Virus record (IMG/VR): IMGVR_UViG_3300049893_001613
Location: 1-64,000 of that record
Reading direction: 5' to 3' (one strand)
Source: a virus
Length of the DNA stretch: 64,000 bases
How positions within the stretch are numbered: the stretch's first letter is position 1; each line of letters begins with the position of its first letter. A program made the position numbers and the translations under genes. The notes beneath the pieces are model-generated. The model saw only the letters and a list, made by a program, of their open reading frames with translations. It had not been told where the DNA came from and made no database searches. Shown piece by piece: positions 1 to 7,733 of this stretch.

Positions 1-1
1 G

Positions 2-1072
2 AATAATATAGTATCCGGTTTGATCAGGTTTCAAACGCATCAATCGTCCGTGAGTCTGTTGAAAGTCTGTTTCACTACCATCAAAAGATTCTTTGATAAT
101 AACGTTAACACCAATAAGGTTAGCCCCGCGGTTTAACTTCTTACAAACTGACATCGTATTTATCTCACCTGAGTTGAGGCGATCAAGTCCTGAAAAGTCA
201 TCAGCGTTTTTACCATGAAATGGATTTGGAAGCTTGTCACATTGTTTAGTTAAAGCACTGAAAATCAGTATCTTATTACCTTCTTTCTGATGAATTAACT
301 CCACCAGATTCTTTACCAAAGATACGGAAGATTCCAGATTATTCAAAATACTTTTGCGTTTTGACGCCATTATTTTAAATTTCCAGTCAGCAGCCTGCCA
401 GTCTTTCTGTCCTTCCGGACTAACACCAATCAAACTGTATTTCTTCTCGAGTGCTGTTTTGACAATTACAGCTTTCTGAAACTCTTTGTCAAAGTACTTA
501 TACTGATCGTTCTCAGAGACTAAGAACATTCCCCCATCCTTTTTCTTTTGTTGAATAGTCTTTGCCTTACTTAACGGATAGTGTATGAATATGAACTCAC
601 TTTTGTTCAACATACCCTTATCCTGTAATTGCTGAGTACTAACAGAAAAACAAACAGGTGCTATTTTCTCAATCAACTCTGACTTCTCATCTGTAATGAA
701 TCCGGTTAAACCGAGTAGATTATCAAAGGTATTATTGTAAAAGAATTTTGCATATTCATCTGCAATAAAATCAAGCTCATCTGCAATGACAAAATCAAAA
801 TGCTTACCTTCCCACTTATAAGCAGTCTGATAACATTCTGATTGTATTTTATCCCATGGGTAATCAAACTTCTCAAATTCTTTCTTCCAGTTCTCGTCAC
901 GTAACAATTCTGAATTAGTCAGTAACAGTACAGAAGATGGATTGACCTTTTTTAAAAGATCTATCGCAACCTTGCTCTTACCACCTCCTGTACCGAGTAC
1001 GACTGTATTCTTTCGTTCTGAATTAAGCCAGGATTCTTCAGCCTGAAGTTGTACTTCCGCTCTTAAATCCAT
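2..1072 (-). CDS. Superfamily 2 helicase (UvsW/Rad25-like), runs off the window edge
   Basis: Not in ORF track. ATG at 1072 overlaps the upstream stop (TAATG); reads MDLRAEVQ...VVLGTGGGKSKVA (Walker A) and ADELD (Walker B). Confidence 0.85.
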   Translation of the reverse strand, partial: MDLRAEVQLQAEESWLNSERKNTVVLGTGGGKSKVAIDLLKKVNPSSVLLLTNSELLRDENWKKEFEKFDYPWDKIQSECYQTAYKWEGKHFDFVIADELDFIADEYAKFFYNNTFDNLLGLTGFITDEKSELIEKIAPVCFSVSTQQLQDKGMLNKSEFIFIHYPLSKAKTIQQKKKDGGMFLVSENDQYKYFDKEFQKAVIVKTALEKKYSLIGVSPEGQKDWQAADWKFKIMASKRKSILNNLESSVSLVKNLVELIHQKEGNKILIFSALTKQCDKLPNPFHGKNADDFSGLDRLNSGEINTMSVCKKLNRGANLIGVNVIIKESFDGSETDFQQTHGRLMRLKPDQTGYYII

Positions 1073-1671
1073 TACTTCTTTTTCTTAGCTGCTTTCTTAG
1101 CAGTCTTCTTTGCGGTCTTACCCGGAGTTTTTGCCATTTTCTTAATTGGTTTAATTTTCATAGCAGTAGCAACGATTTCGTATTCGCCTTCTCCTACTAT
1201 ATATTTTGCTCCTTTTGGAATTACCATTTCAAACAGGAGTTCTTCCGGATGATGAACAGTTATATCACCATCCTTGTAAGCTTTATCTGTATACGCGTGC
1301 AAGCCTTCATTAACGTCAAGCTGATTTTCAGTCTGGTCACTATCTCCGGTGAGATAAATACCAAGCTCTTTAACTTTCATTAATTTGTTCTTAGGCCACG
1401 CTTTATGCTGGTATGGAGTTTCCAGTTTACCGCCTTCTTTAACCAGAAAACGTTTCCAGCAGGTTATGTCTTTTGTCGCTGTTTTTACTACTTTGTTTTT
1501 AAGATATTCAACTACTTCTTCAGCGTCAACTTCATACAGATTCTCCATCTCTTCTTCAAGAGCAGAGATTTGAGAATGAAGATCGTCTATCTTAGCGTCT
1601 ATCTTAGCATGCTTCTTGTTGTTCTTATTGACGATTTTACTTACGTCAATTTCATCAGTTGTTAAACACAT
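1072..1671 (-). CDS. Hypothetical phage protein with Lys/Ala-rich histone H1-like C-terminal tail
   Basis: 199-aa ORF coupled to pol and helicase; ends KTAKKTAKKAAKKKK. Confidence 0.75.
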   Translation of the reverse strand: MCLTTDEIDVSKIVNKNNKKHAKIDAKIDDLHSQISALEEEMENLYEVDAEEVVEYLKNKVVKTATKDITCWKRFLVKEGGKLETPYQHKAWPKNKLMKVKELGIYLTGDSDQTENQLDVNEGLHAYTDKAYKDGDITVHHPEELLFEMVIPKGAKYIVGEGEYEIVATAMKIKPIKKMAKTPGKTAKKTAKKAAKKKK

Positions 1672-3908
1672 TATTTCTTCCAGTGTTGGGCTATGCGCAT
1701 ATCAACTCCCATCTTCAATTCCTTGATCAGGTAATTGTTTGCTGCTCGCTCCATTAAGTTTTTAATTTTAGGAGCCAGGATTTCCGCCTGCTCGGTTGGT
1801 ACATCACAAACATATTCGTCATGTACAGTTAATAAGAATCTTACATCAACCTTGTATAATCTTCTCCACAAGTCTATCATTGCAATAGCTTCTTTCATTA
1901 AATCTGAGTTCGTGCCTTGGATTGGACTGTTACGCGCTGCAAATTCTATCTCTGCTAAGGCTGATTTATCAAGAGGCCATCCATAATGATTATGATTCAA
2001 GACAGCATCAAACCATCTTCTTGAACCAGTACGGTTGTTATGGACTACATAGCCTTTTGTAGTTGCTTCCCGGGCTTTACCATCCAGGAATTCAATTACT
2101 TTAGGGATCTCGGCTTTGATTGTATCAATCATTACTTGACCCTCATCGAGAGTGATTTTAGCTGTGGCTGCTACTTTACCCGATGCTATACCATAAGCAA
2201 CAGGAAACAAACCACCACTGTTCTTGAATTTATCTCTCTCTTTCTCCTTCTCAGGAGTAGATTTGTTCATCTCGTATGTTTCAGAGAGTTCTTTCCATTT
2301 AGGATCACCAGTCTTTGAATACCTGTATGCGTAGATATTTCTCCAGCACTTGGTACCCAGATATGAGTGAGAATCAGGAATGGACAGAATCTTCATCATG
2401 TTCAAGTCATTTGATAATGATGTCATTACCATACCTTCACAATTAGAATAATCCAGGGTGAACATAGTTCGTCCTTCATCAGCAATAAAGCAACCACGGT
2501 ACTCCTGGGGTTTAGGTACCTGTTGCATATTAGGATTCTTCTTTACTTTACCCTTAGATCCTGATGTGAACCGGCCCGTGCCGGCACCCGCCTGATCAAG
2601 CCTTGTGTACACCCTGCCATCAGGCTGTACATACTGCTCAATCCACTTCTCACCAAATGAAGTTACATTATGAATAAGCTTTTTATACTTATCAAAGTTC
2701 TCCAGTAACGGCATGAATTCAGAGCTGGGGTTATTCACAAACCAGTTGGTGCGTGCTTCTTTTCCAACCCCTGGTTTCATGGAGTGTGTCTTCTGATCCT
2801 TGGATTGTGGCATAGGACAACCCACTCTCTTTAATACTTCTAATACTTGTTTCTGGGAACCCCAGTTAATCATCCCAGTATCCGTTTCTTCCGGTTCTTG
2901 CATTATAGTAGAAAGTTTCTGTAGTTGCTCCAGCGTCAGCTGATAACTCTTCAGATGTGTCTTTCCCCTTTCCTGCAGATTCTCCAGCTGTAGCTGTAGT
3001 TTTCCCAGACGGATATTGTTTCTTTCTTCTCGTTTTACTTTGCTTTCCAGTTTCTTCTTCAGTACCGGGTTTATCTGACTTGCGTCTACTCCGTACTGGT
3101 CCTTTATCAGATTGTCGAGGCTTTGGCATATCTCTTGTGCTTTGGTTTCTCTGTCCTTTGCAATCTCACGCCACTTTTCCGTATCGTGTTTAATACCGGT
3201 TGTTTCGGCTTCGGCAATTGGGAGTATGATTCTCGAATTGATGGACTCGTTCTGGAAAAGTTGATTGTAAGTTGCTGCTTGTCGTCTCTGTTCGTAATAA
3301 ACAGATTTAAGTCGAATAGTGTCAGCTGCATTGTATAGAATATGATAGTCTTCAAAATAGGTACAGGTTGCAAACTCTGACCGTATGTCTTTATCCATCC
3401 ATATTGGGATGGCATGGTACCCTAGTCGTCTGTTAATCACAGACACCAGGTCAAACCTGAATCCTTCCTGACCAGCTAATAACCTTTTGTCATTAACCAT
3501 AGTACATACGTACCGGCCTGGGTTAAATCCAGTAACATGACCCCACATTGCTTCATGGTCCGCATTATGAGATACGAACAGGCAGTGTCTAAGTACGTCT
3601 GGTGTGAATATCTCAGAATTATCTACTGAAGTATTATCAATTACCAGAACTTCCTCTTCTCCCGGGTCATCATTAAGACAGAAAGCACTTAGAAGTAAAT
3701 TTTCTTTTTTAGGAAAATCACCACGGTTTTCTATGTCATATCCTATTACAAACCAGTTGGGATTGTACTCAGTATCCCATAAAGAGTTTTTCGTATTCTT
3801 GATCTGTAAGATCGTGGATAGACTTATCTCGCCCGGTCTCACCAGCTGTATCATTGGATTTTGATTCAGTTGGTGGTCGCTTCTCCTGCTTAGAAACCAT
3901 ACTTTCAT
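1671..3908 (-). CDS. polA: DNA polymerase family A with 3'-5' exonuclease domain
   Basis: Exo motifs GYDIE, HNADHE, YNAAD; GTGRFTS, NMQQVP; motif A LDYSNCE; motif B RDKFK...AYG; NSPIQG; motif C VHDE. Start uncertain. Confidence 0.95.
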   Translation of the reverse strand: MKVWFLSRRSDHQLNQNPMIQLVRPGEISLSTILQIKNTKNSLWDTEYNPNWFVIGYDIENRGDFPKKENLLLSAFCLNDDPGEEEVLVIDNTSVDNSEIFTPDVLRHCLFVSHNADHEAMWGHVTGFNPGRYVCTMVNDKRLLAGQEGFRFDLVSVINRRLGYHAIPIWMDKDIRSEFATCTYFEDYHILYNAADTIRLKSVYYEQRRQAATYNQLFQNESINSRIILPIAEAETTGIKHDTEKWREIAKDRETKAQEICQSLDNLIKDQYGVDASQINPVLKKKLESKVKREERNNIRLGKLQLQLENLQERGKTHLKSYQLTLEQLQKLSTIMQEPEETDTGMINWGSQKQVLEVLKRVGCPMPQSKDQKTHSMKPGVGKEARTNWFVNNPSSEFMPLLENFDKYKKLIHNVTSFGEKWIEQYVQPDGRVYTRLDQAGAGTGRFTSGSKGKVKKNPNMQQVPKPQEYRGCFIADEGRTMFTLDYSNCEGMVMTSLSNDLNMMKILSIPDSHSYLGTKCWRNIYAYRYSKTGDPKWKELSETYEMNKSTPEKEKERDKFKNSGGLFPVAYGIASGKVAATAKITLDEGQVMIDTIKAEIPKVIEFLDGKAREATTKGYVVHNNRTGSRRWFDAVLNHNHYGWPLDKSALAEIEFAARNSPIQGTNSDLMKEAIAMIDLWRRLYKVDVRFLLTVHDEYVCDVPTEQAEILAPKIKNLMERAANNYLIKELKMGVDMRIAQHWKK

Positions 3909-4001
3909 ATCTGGTGGCTAAAATTGCCATTTCGGTTTTAAATTTTGTTGAATTGAATTTGTCTTTATTCATAAAATTAAGTTAATACTTTTTAAAAAAT
4001 A

Positions 4002-4034
4002 AACCCAAATAGACAGGTCTTCTCTATTTGGGTT
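4002..4034 (-). terminator. Intrinsic terminator
   Basis: 12-bp inverted repeat AACCCAAATAGA/TCTATTTGGGTT followed on the minus strand by a U-rich run. Confidence 0.75.
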
Positions 4035-4044
4035 CGTTGGTGAC

Positions 4045-4611
4045 TTAAGCGTGCTCTAAAGTCTTCTCTGCAGTTGCAGTTTGTGTAACTGGTGCAAAGA
4101 AACTAGCAAGGTCAAGCTTAGGTGCAGCAACAGCAGGCTTACGCTTGATGTTAGTTACACGCAATACTTTTTCTTGCTCACGAGATTCTACGTAATCAAT
4201 GGTAACCTCTACCTTCTCACCTTTCATAGGTAAGTCAGCAGCACGGCCTTCACGTTGCCAGATGTTAGCCGTCAAGAACAGACCATTAGTCTCTTCAATA
4301 GGTACTTCTTGCTTGTCTGCGAAGACTTGCTTTAATTGTGGCAATTTGTCAGCAGCTACTGCTTTCAAATTTGCAATGTAGCGTGGATTTTGTCCATCAG
4401 CATCAGCTACGAGGTTGCCCTCTGTTACATTGCTTAGCACTTCGAGTTCATATTTGCCTGGGGCACTGATGATACTGTAAGCTGCCAAAAGAACGGTTTT
4501 AAACATGATCTTTTCCATTTGTATTTGTTTTAAAAGTTTGTAAAATTTTATCCTTCTCTCTGCATTTACACGGACTTGAGACCGTATGAGTGACCTTGAC
4601 TCATGTTGCAT
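4045..4611 (-). CDS. Hypothetical protein, possibly OB-fold/ssDNA-binding; start probably at MEKIMFK
   Basis: Beta-rich protein with flexible tail next to the polymerase; function inferred from position only. Confidence 0.55.
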   Translation of the reverse strand: MQHESRSLIRSQVRVNAERRIKFYKLLKQIQMEKIMFKTVLLAAYSIISAPGKYELEVLSNVTEGNLVADADGQNPRYIANLKAVAADKLPQLKQVFADKQEVPIEETNGLFLTANIWQREGRAADLPMKGEKVEVTIDYVESREQEKVLRVTNIKRKPAVAAPKLDLASFFAPVTQTATAEKTLEHA

Positions 4612-4644
4612 TAAAGGAGAGCTGCTTTCACAGCTCTTCTCATA

Positions 4645-5871
4645 TTAATCTTTTCGTTTTAAATCTAACGCTAAATCGCGCTGAGCTTTCATACTCATTG
4701 TTTCAGCAAATACAGCTGCAGCATTGTACTGACCACTGTTCTGTCCACCCATTATCTGAGGAGAGACATTACCCTGGTATTTACCAAATGCGTCAGCCCA
4801 GTATTGCTGGGTTTTAACATAAGCATCAAGCTTTTGTTCAAGAGCTCCGTTAGCCTGAATAGTAGTACGTTTCTTATATGCATCAGCATCAGCTAATGTC
4901 TTTATCTTACGTGCTTCTAATTCAGCAGCTTCCGCCTGTATCTTTTGCTGCAGCTTATCCTGCTCGGCTACCCGAACTTTAGTTTCAGCTGCAACAACCT
5001 GGCGTGTTTGCTCCTGCTTTTGCTGATACTCAATTTCAACCAGGGCTTGTTCACCCTTGGCTTTAGCTGTTAAACTTTGTTGCTGAGCAGTCATTAGTTC
5101 CTGTCTTGATACAGCTGATTTAGTAGCAGCATCAATAATCTGACCTAATTTCTTATCAACAACCGGTGCATAATCAGTATCAATGATTGATGCATCAGCT
5201 ACACTGATAGAATACTCCTGGATAGCTGAAGTTTTACGTTCAGGGGCTCCCTGTTTATTCCTCTTCACTGAAGTCAGATAGAGTCTTTTCTTCTCTTTCT
5301 CAATTGAGTCATAGACTATCTTCTCTTCAGTCTGGGATATGTAAACACCATTCCTTAACTGGTCTAAGAAGTCCTGAGACATCTGAGCTCTGCCTCCACC
5401 ATAATGCTTGTCAGAACTCATAGATTGAGCTGATGACTGAAGACATTCTTTAGTAAACGTAGCCAACCTCTTTGTTACTAATGACTGAGGAGTCCTGTGA
5501 GTATTATGTATCAATATCATATCCTTCTCATCTGAAGGTAATACGAATTGAGCTATACCCTTTACATCAGCGGTAGTTCCATCATTAAACATGATGTTAA
5601 TTGTACCCACCTGGATACCATTATCACGCATAGTTAAATCAGGTTCTTTCTCAGTGTACATTACAGAGATTTGATTGGGCCATTCTGTTTCCTTAGCAAA
5701 AAAGCCAGCATAGAATATACCCGGAGTGAATTCAACGAATTGTTTACCACCTGCCTGCTCGACTACCGTTCTGTTACCAGCATCATTCCAGGAGAATGGA
5801 TTCATAATTGAAAATAAGATGAGTGCAAAGATTGCAACTACACCAAGGACAATTAATTTAATGTTCTTCAT
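4645..5871 (-). CDS. SPFH/band 7 (prohibitin-like) membrane protein
   Basis: N-terminal TM helix, SPFH-like core, Ala/Glu/Gln coiled coil (AEAAELEARKIKTLADADAY), EQKLDAYV...WADA tail. Confidence 0.85.
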   Translation of the reverse strand: MKNIKLIVLGVVAIFALILFSIMNPFSWNDAGNRTVVEQAGGKQFVEFTPGIFYAGFFAKETEWPNQISVMYTEKEPDLTMRDNGIQVGTINIMFNDGTTADVKGIAQFVLPSDEKDMILIHNTHRTPQSLVTKRLATFTKECLQSSAQSMSSDKHYGGGRAQMSQDFLDQLRNGVYISQTEEKIVYDSIEKEKKRLYLTSVKRNKQGAPERKTSAIQEYSISVADASIIDTDYAPVVDKKLGQIIDAATKSAVSRQELMTAQQQSLTAKAKGEQALVEIEYQQKQEQTRQVVAAETKVRVAEQDKLQQKIQAEAAELEARKIKTLADADAYKKRTTIQANGALEQKLDAYVKTQQYWADAFGKYQGNVSPQIMGGQNSGQYNAAAVFAETMSMKAQRDLALDLKRKD

Positions 5872-5998
5872 GTTCAGTTTTTGTTTTGTTTAAAGTTTCA
5901 TTTTTTCTGTTGAAGTGGTCTTTTAACAGTACCACTGCAACGTAGGATACGATACCAAATACTGATATGAATCCTAACGCGAGTGCTAATCTAATCAT
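5858..5998 (-). CDS. Small membrane protein (46 aa) upstream of SPFH gene
   Basis: Not in track; MIRLALALGFISVFGIVSYVAVVLLKDH...; overlaps the SPFH start. Confidence 0.65.
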   Translation of the reverse strand: MIRLALALGFISVFGIVSYVAVVLLKDHFNRKNETLNKTKTEHEEH

Positions 5999-6007
5999 TG
6001 TGTTTTG

Positions 6008-6337
6008 TTATAAACGTTGTTTACCTACAGTTAAATGAAGATTGGACTTCATATGATTTAACTGAGACTGGTATGCCTGTAATACATAATTTACTCCATG
6101 TTGAGAGTTGTCTACACTCTTCTTCATTTCTTTAATACGTGCATCCTTCTTCCACACTTGTGGATCTCTGGGCTGTACAAGAACTAAAGGAACGACTGGC
6201 ACATTACGTGGAGTACCATCGACTCTCTCAGCATGAAAGTCGCGGTGTTTATCGGGTGTGGTGCCGAAAGCTCGGCCGTAGCGCAGATCCCCTTCATATG
6301 GAGAACCTGCAGGGGTTGGGTCATACAATCGTGACAT
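6008..6337 (-). CDS. Hypothetical protein
   Basis: 109-aa ORF in co-oriented run with A/T-rich leader. Confidence 0.65.
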   Translation of the reverse strand: MSRLYDPTPAGSPYEGDLRYGRAFGTTPDKHRDFHAERVDGTPRNVPVVPLVLVQPRDPQVWKKDARIKEMKKSVDNSQHGVNYVLQAYQSQLNHMKSNLHLTVGKQRL

Positions 6338-6363
6338 ATATATTACAGTTAAAAGTTGCTGAG

Positions 6364-6969
6364 TTATGTGGCTCGTTTAAGCCAGTTAGTTTTAAAAATT
6401 TTCTGCGTTGAATCACGCTCGATAAGCTTTGCATAGTATTGAATACGGGCTAGCTTTAATAAATTGATATTGAGTGTATCAAATGAAGGATCAATCCATT
6501 CACGAGTGTGTTTGTTGAGGGACATGTTATACGTTCGGTTCATCAGTTTAATGACTGAACGTCTGGACAAATGTATTCTTGTATCAAACAAGTAATCTGC
6601 CACTTCTTGATTTGTGAGTTTGTCAAAGCCTTCCCTTACCCATATAGTAAGGTAATAGTCTAAGACATAAAATTCGGTAATAACAGAATCTTTACCTGTA
6701 ACCGGTTGATTCCATTTTAAATTGTGCTTACGCACGTACTTCCAGCCTTGCCAGTCATTGTTATACTTGCTGGTTATTCCAGCATAAGTTTCAAGACCTT
6801 TATCATCTTTATGATTTACATAGTAACCTTCGTATTCACGTACACGGTTATAACTGGTACGAAAATCTGCATAGGTAATTGTCTCCATTACAGGAGTCAT
6901 TAACGGCATTTCCTGAGCACTTTGAATGCTAATAAACAGGGATAGAATAAGTAACCATAGTTTTTTCAT
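6364..6969 (-). CDS. Glycoside hydrolase family 108 lysozyme with signal peptide
   Basis: EGYYVNHKDDKGLETYAGIT matches the GH108 EGGY..D.GGET.YGI motif; C-terminal F..NWLKR; hydrophobic N-terminus. Confidence 0.85.
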   Translation of the reverse strand: MKKLWLLILSLFISIQSAQEMPLMTPVMETITYADFRTSYNRVREYEGYYVNHKDDKGLETYAGITSKYNNDWQGWKYVRKHNLKWNQPVTGKDSVITEFYVLDYYLTIWVREGFDKLTNQEVADYLFDTRIHLSRRSVIKLMNRTYNMSLNKHTREWIDPSFDTLNINLLKLARIQYYAKLIERDSTQKIFKTNWLKRAT

Positions 6970-7328
6970 GATTGTTTATTTGGTGGAACAAAATAATTGA
7001 TAAGCCAAACGTGTGATAGTCCCAGTGCGAATAGGGACGCTATAACCTCATTGTTCATTGGTGTGCTGCATGGTGATCAGACCATACATGAACCTAATAG
7101 CTGCAACAGCATACCCGTTCAAAGGCGAAATGAAGCTGTTATATCCACCGCTATGGTATCTCCACGGGATGGCTTACAATTTCTAAGCTATAATCTTCTG
7201 GTAGCTCTTCCAGGGTTGATAACATCATAAGATGTTGTTCTCTCTCATGCTCTAACCACAGTAGCATAAGTTGTTCTTCAGTTAATTCCTCGTCAGGCAT
7301 GTTAGAATTATTAAAGTTGAGAATAGAA

Positions 7329-7400
7329 ATCAGAAGACCCTTTTTTTTTGCGTTTTTAGATTACGAGTCTATTGCATTTAAGGTTGCTGTAGGTCTTCTT
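7329..7400 (-). ncRNA. Y-RNA-like hairpin unit D (distal)
   Basis: AGAAGACCU/GGGUCUUCU closing stem, ACAGCAA after the 5' arm, internal UAGA-CUCGUAA-UCUA hairpin. Confidence 0.7.
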
Positions 7401-7539
7401 ATCAGAGAACTGTTTTTTGCTTACGCGTCCTGGGCCACTAGACGATCCCCGTGTGTGTTGTTATAGCACGGGGAGGAGGATTCGAACACTCCGTTTCGCG
7501 ATCCTGAATCGATGCATAGTAATTGCTGTAAGTTCTCTT
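7401..7539 (-). ncRNA. Y-RNA-like unit C with circularly permuted tRNA domain (YrlA-like topology)
   Basis: AGAGAACU/AGUUCUCU stem, ACAGCAA; inside: T arm (UUCGAAU), closed acceptor stem UCCCCGUG/CACGGGGA, then D arm GUCUAGUGGCCCAGGAC. Confidence 0.8.
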
Positions 7540-7602
7540 ATCAGAGTCCACGTTCTTTTTCACCTAATTGAAGTAGTTTTTAAGATTGCTGTTGGGACTC
7601 TT
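7540..7602 (-). ncRNA. Y-RNA-like hairpin unit B
   Basis: AGAGUCC/GGACUCU stem, ACAGCAA, CUGAUAAG junctions on both sides. Confidence 0.7.
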
Positions 7603-7668
7603 ATCAGGTCGGGGATCTTGTTTTTCATATTTGGCTTGAAAAGTTGTAAGAGTTGCTGGCCCGTCCTT
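7603..7668 (-). ncRNA. Y-RNA-like hairpin unit A (proximal)
   Basis: AGGACGGG/CCCGACCU stem with one mismatch, CCAGCAA variant, internal UUUUCA/UGAAAA helix. Confidence 0.6.
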
Positions 7669-7670
7669 AT

Positions 7671-7704
7671 AAAAGAAGAGGGGACAAGTTGTAAACCCCC
7701 CTTC
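7671..7704 (-). terminator. Terminator-like hairpin between DUF2828 gene and RNA array
   Basis: GAAGGGGGG/CCCCUCUUC (G-U pair possible only on the minus strand) followed by UUUU. Confidence 0.6.
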
Positions 7705-7733
7705 TTCGTTACTGAAATCCTACGTTTGTTCAA

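Noticed and set aside
3769-3972. Programmed frameshift joining the 67-aa ORF to PolA
   Set aside because: The overlap is explained by an uncertain PolA start; no slippery site or stimulatory structure was identified.
7329-7668. CRISPR array interpretation of the repeated TTGCTG...CTTATCAG units
   Set aside because: Identical parts are only 6-8 nt, unit lengths vary from 63 to 139 nt, each unit's ends pair with each other, and no cas genes are present.
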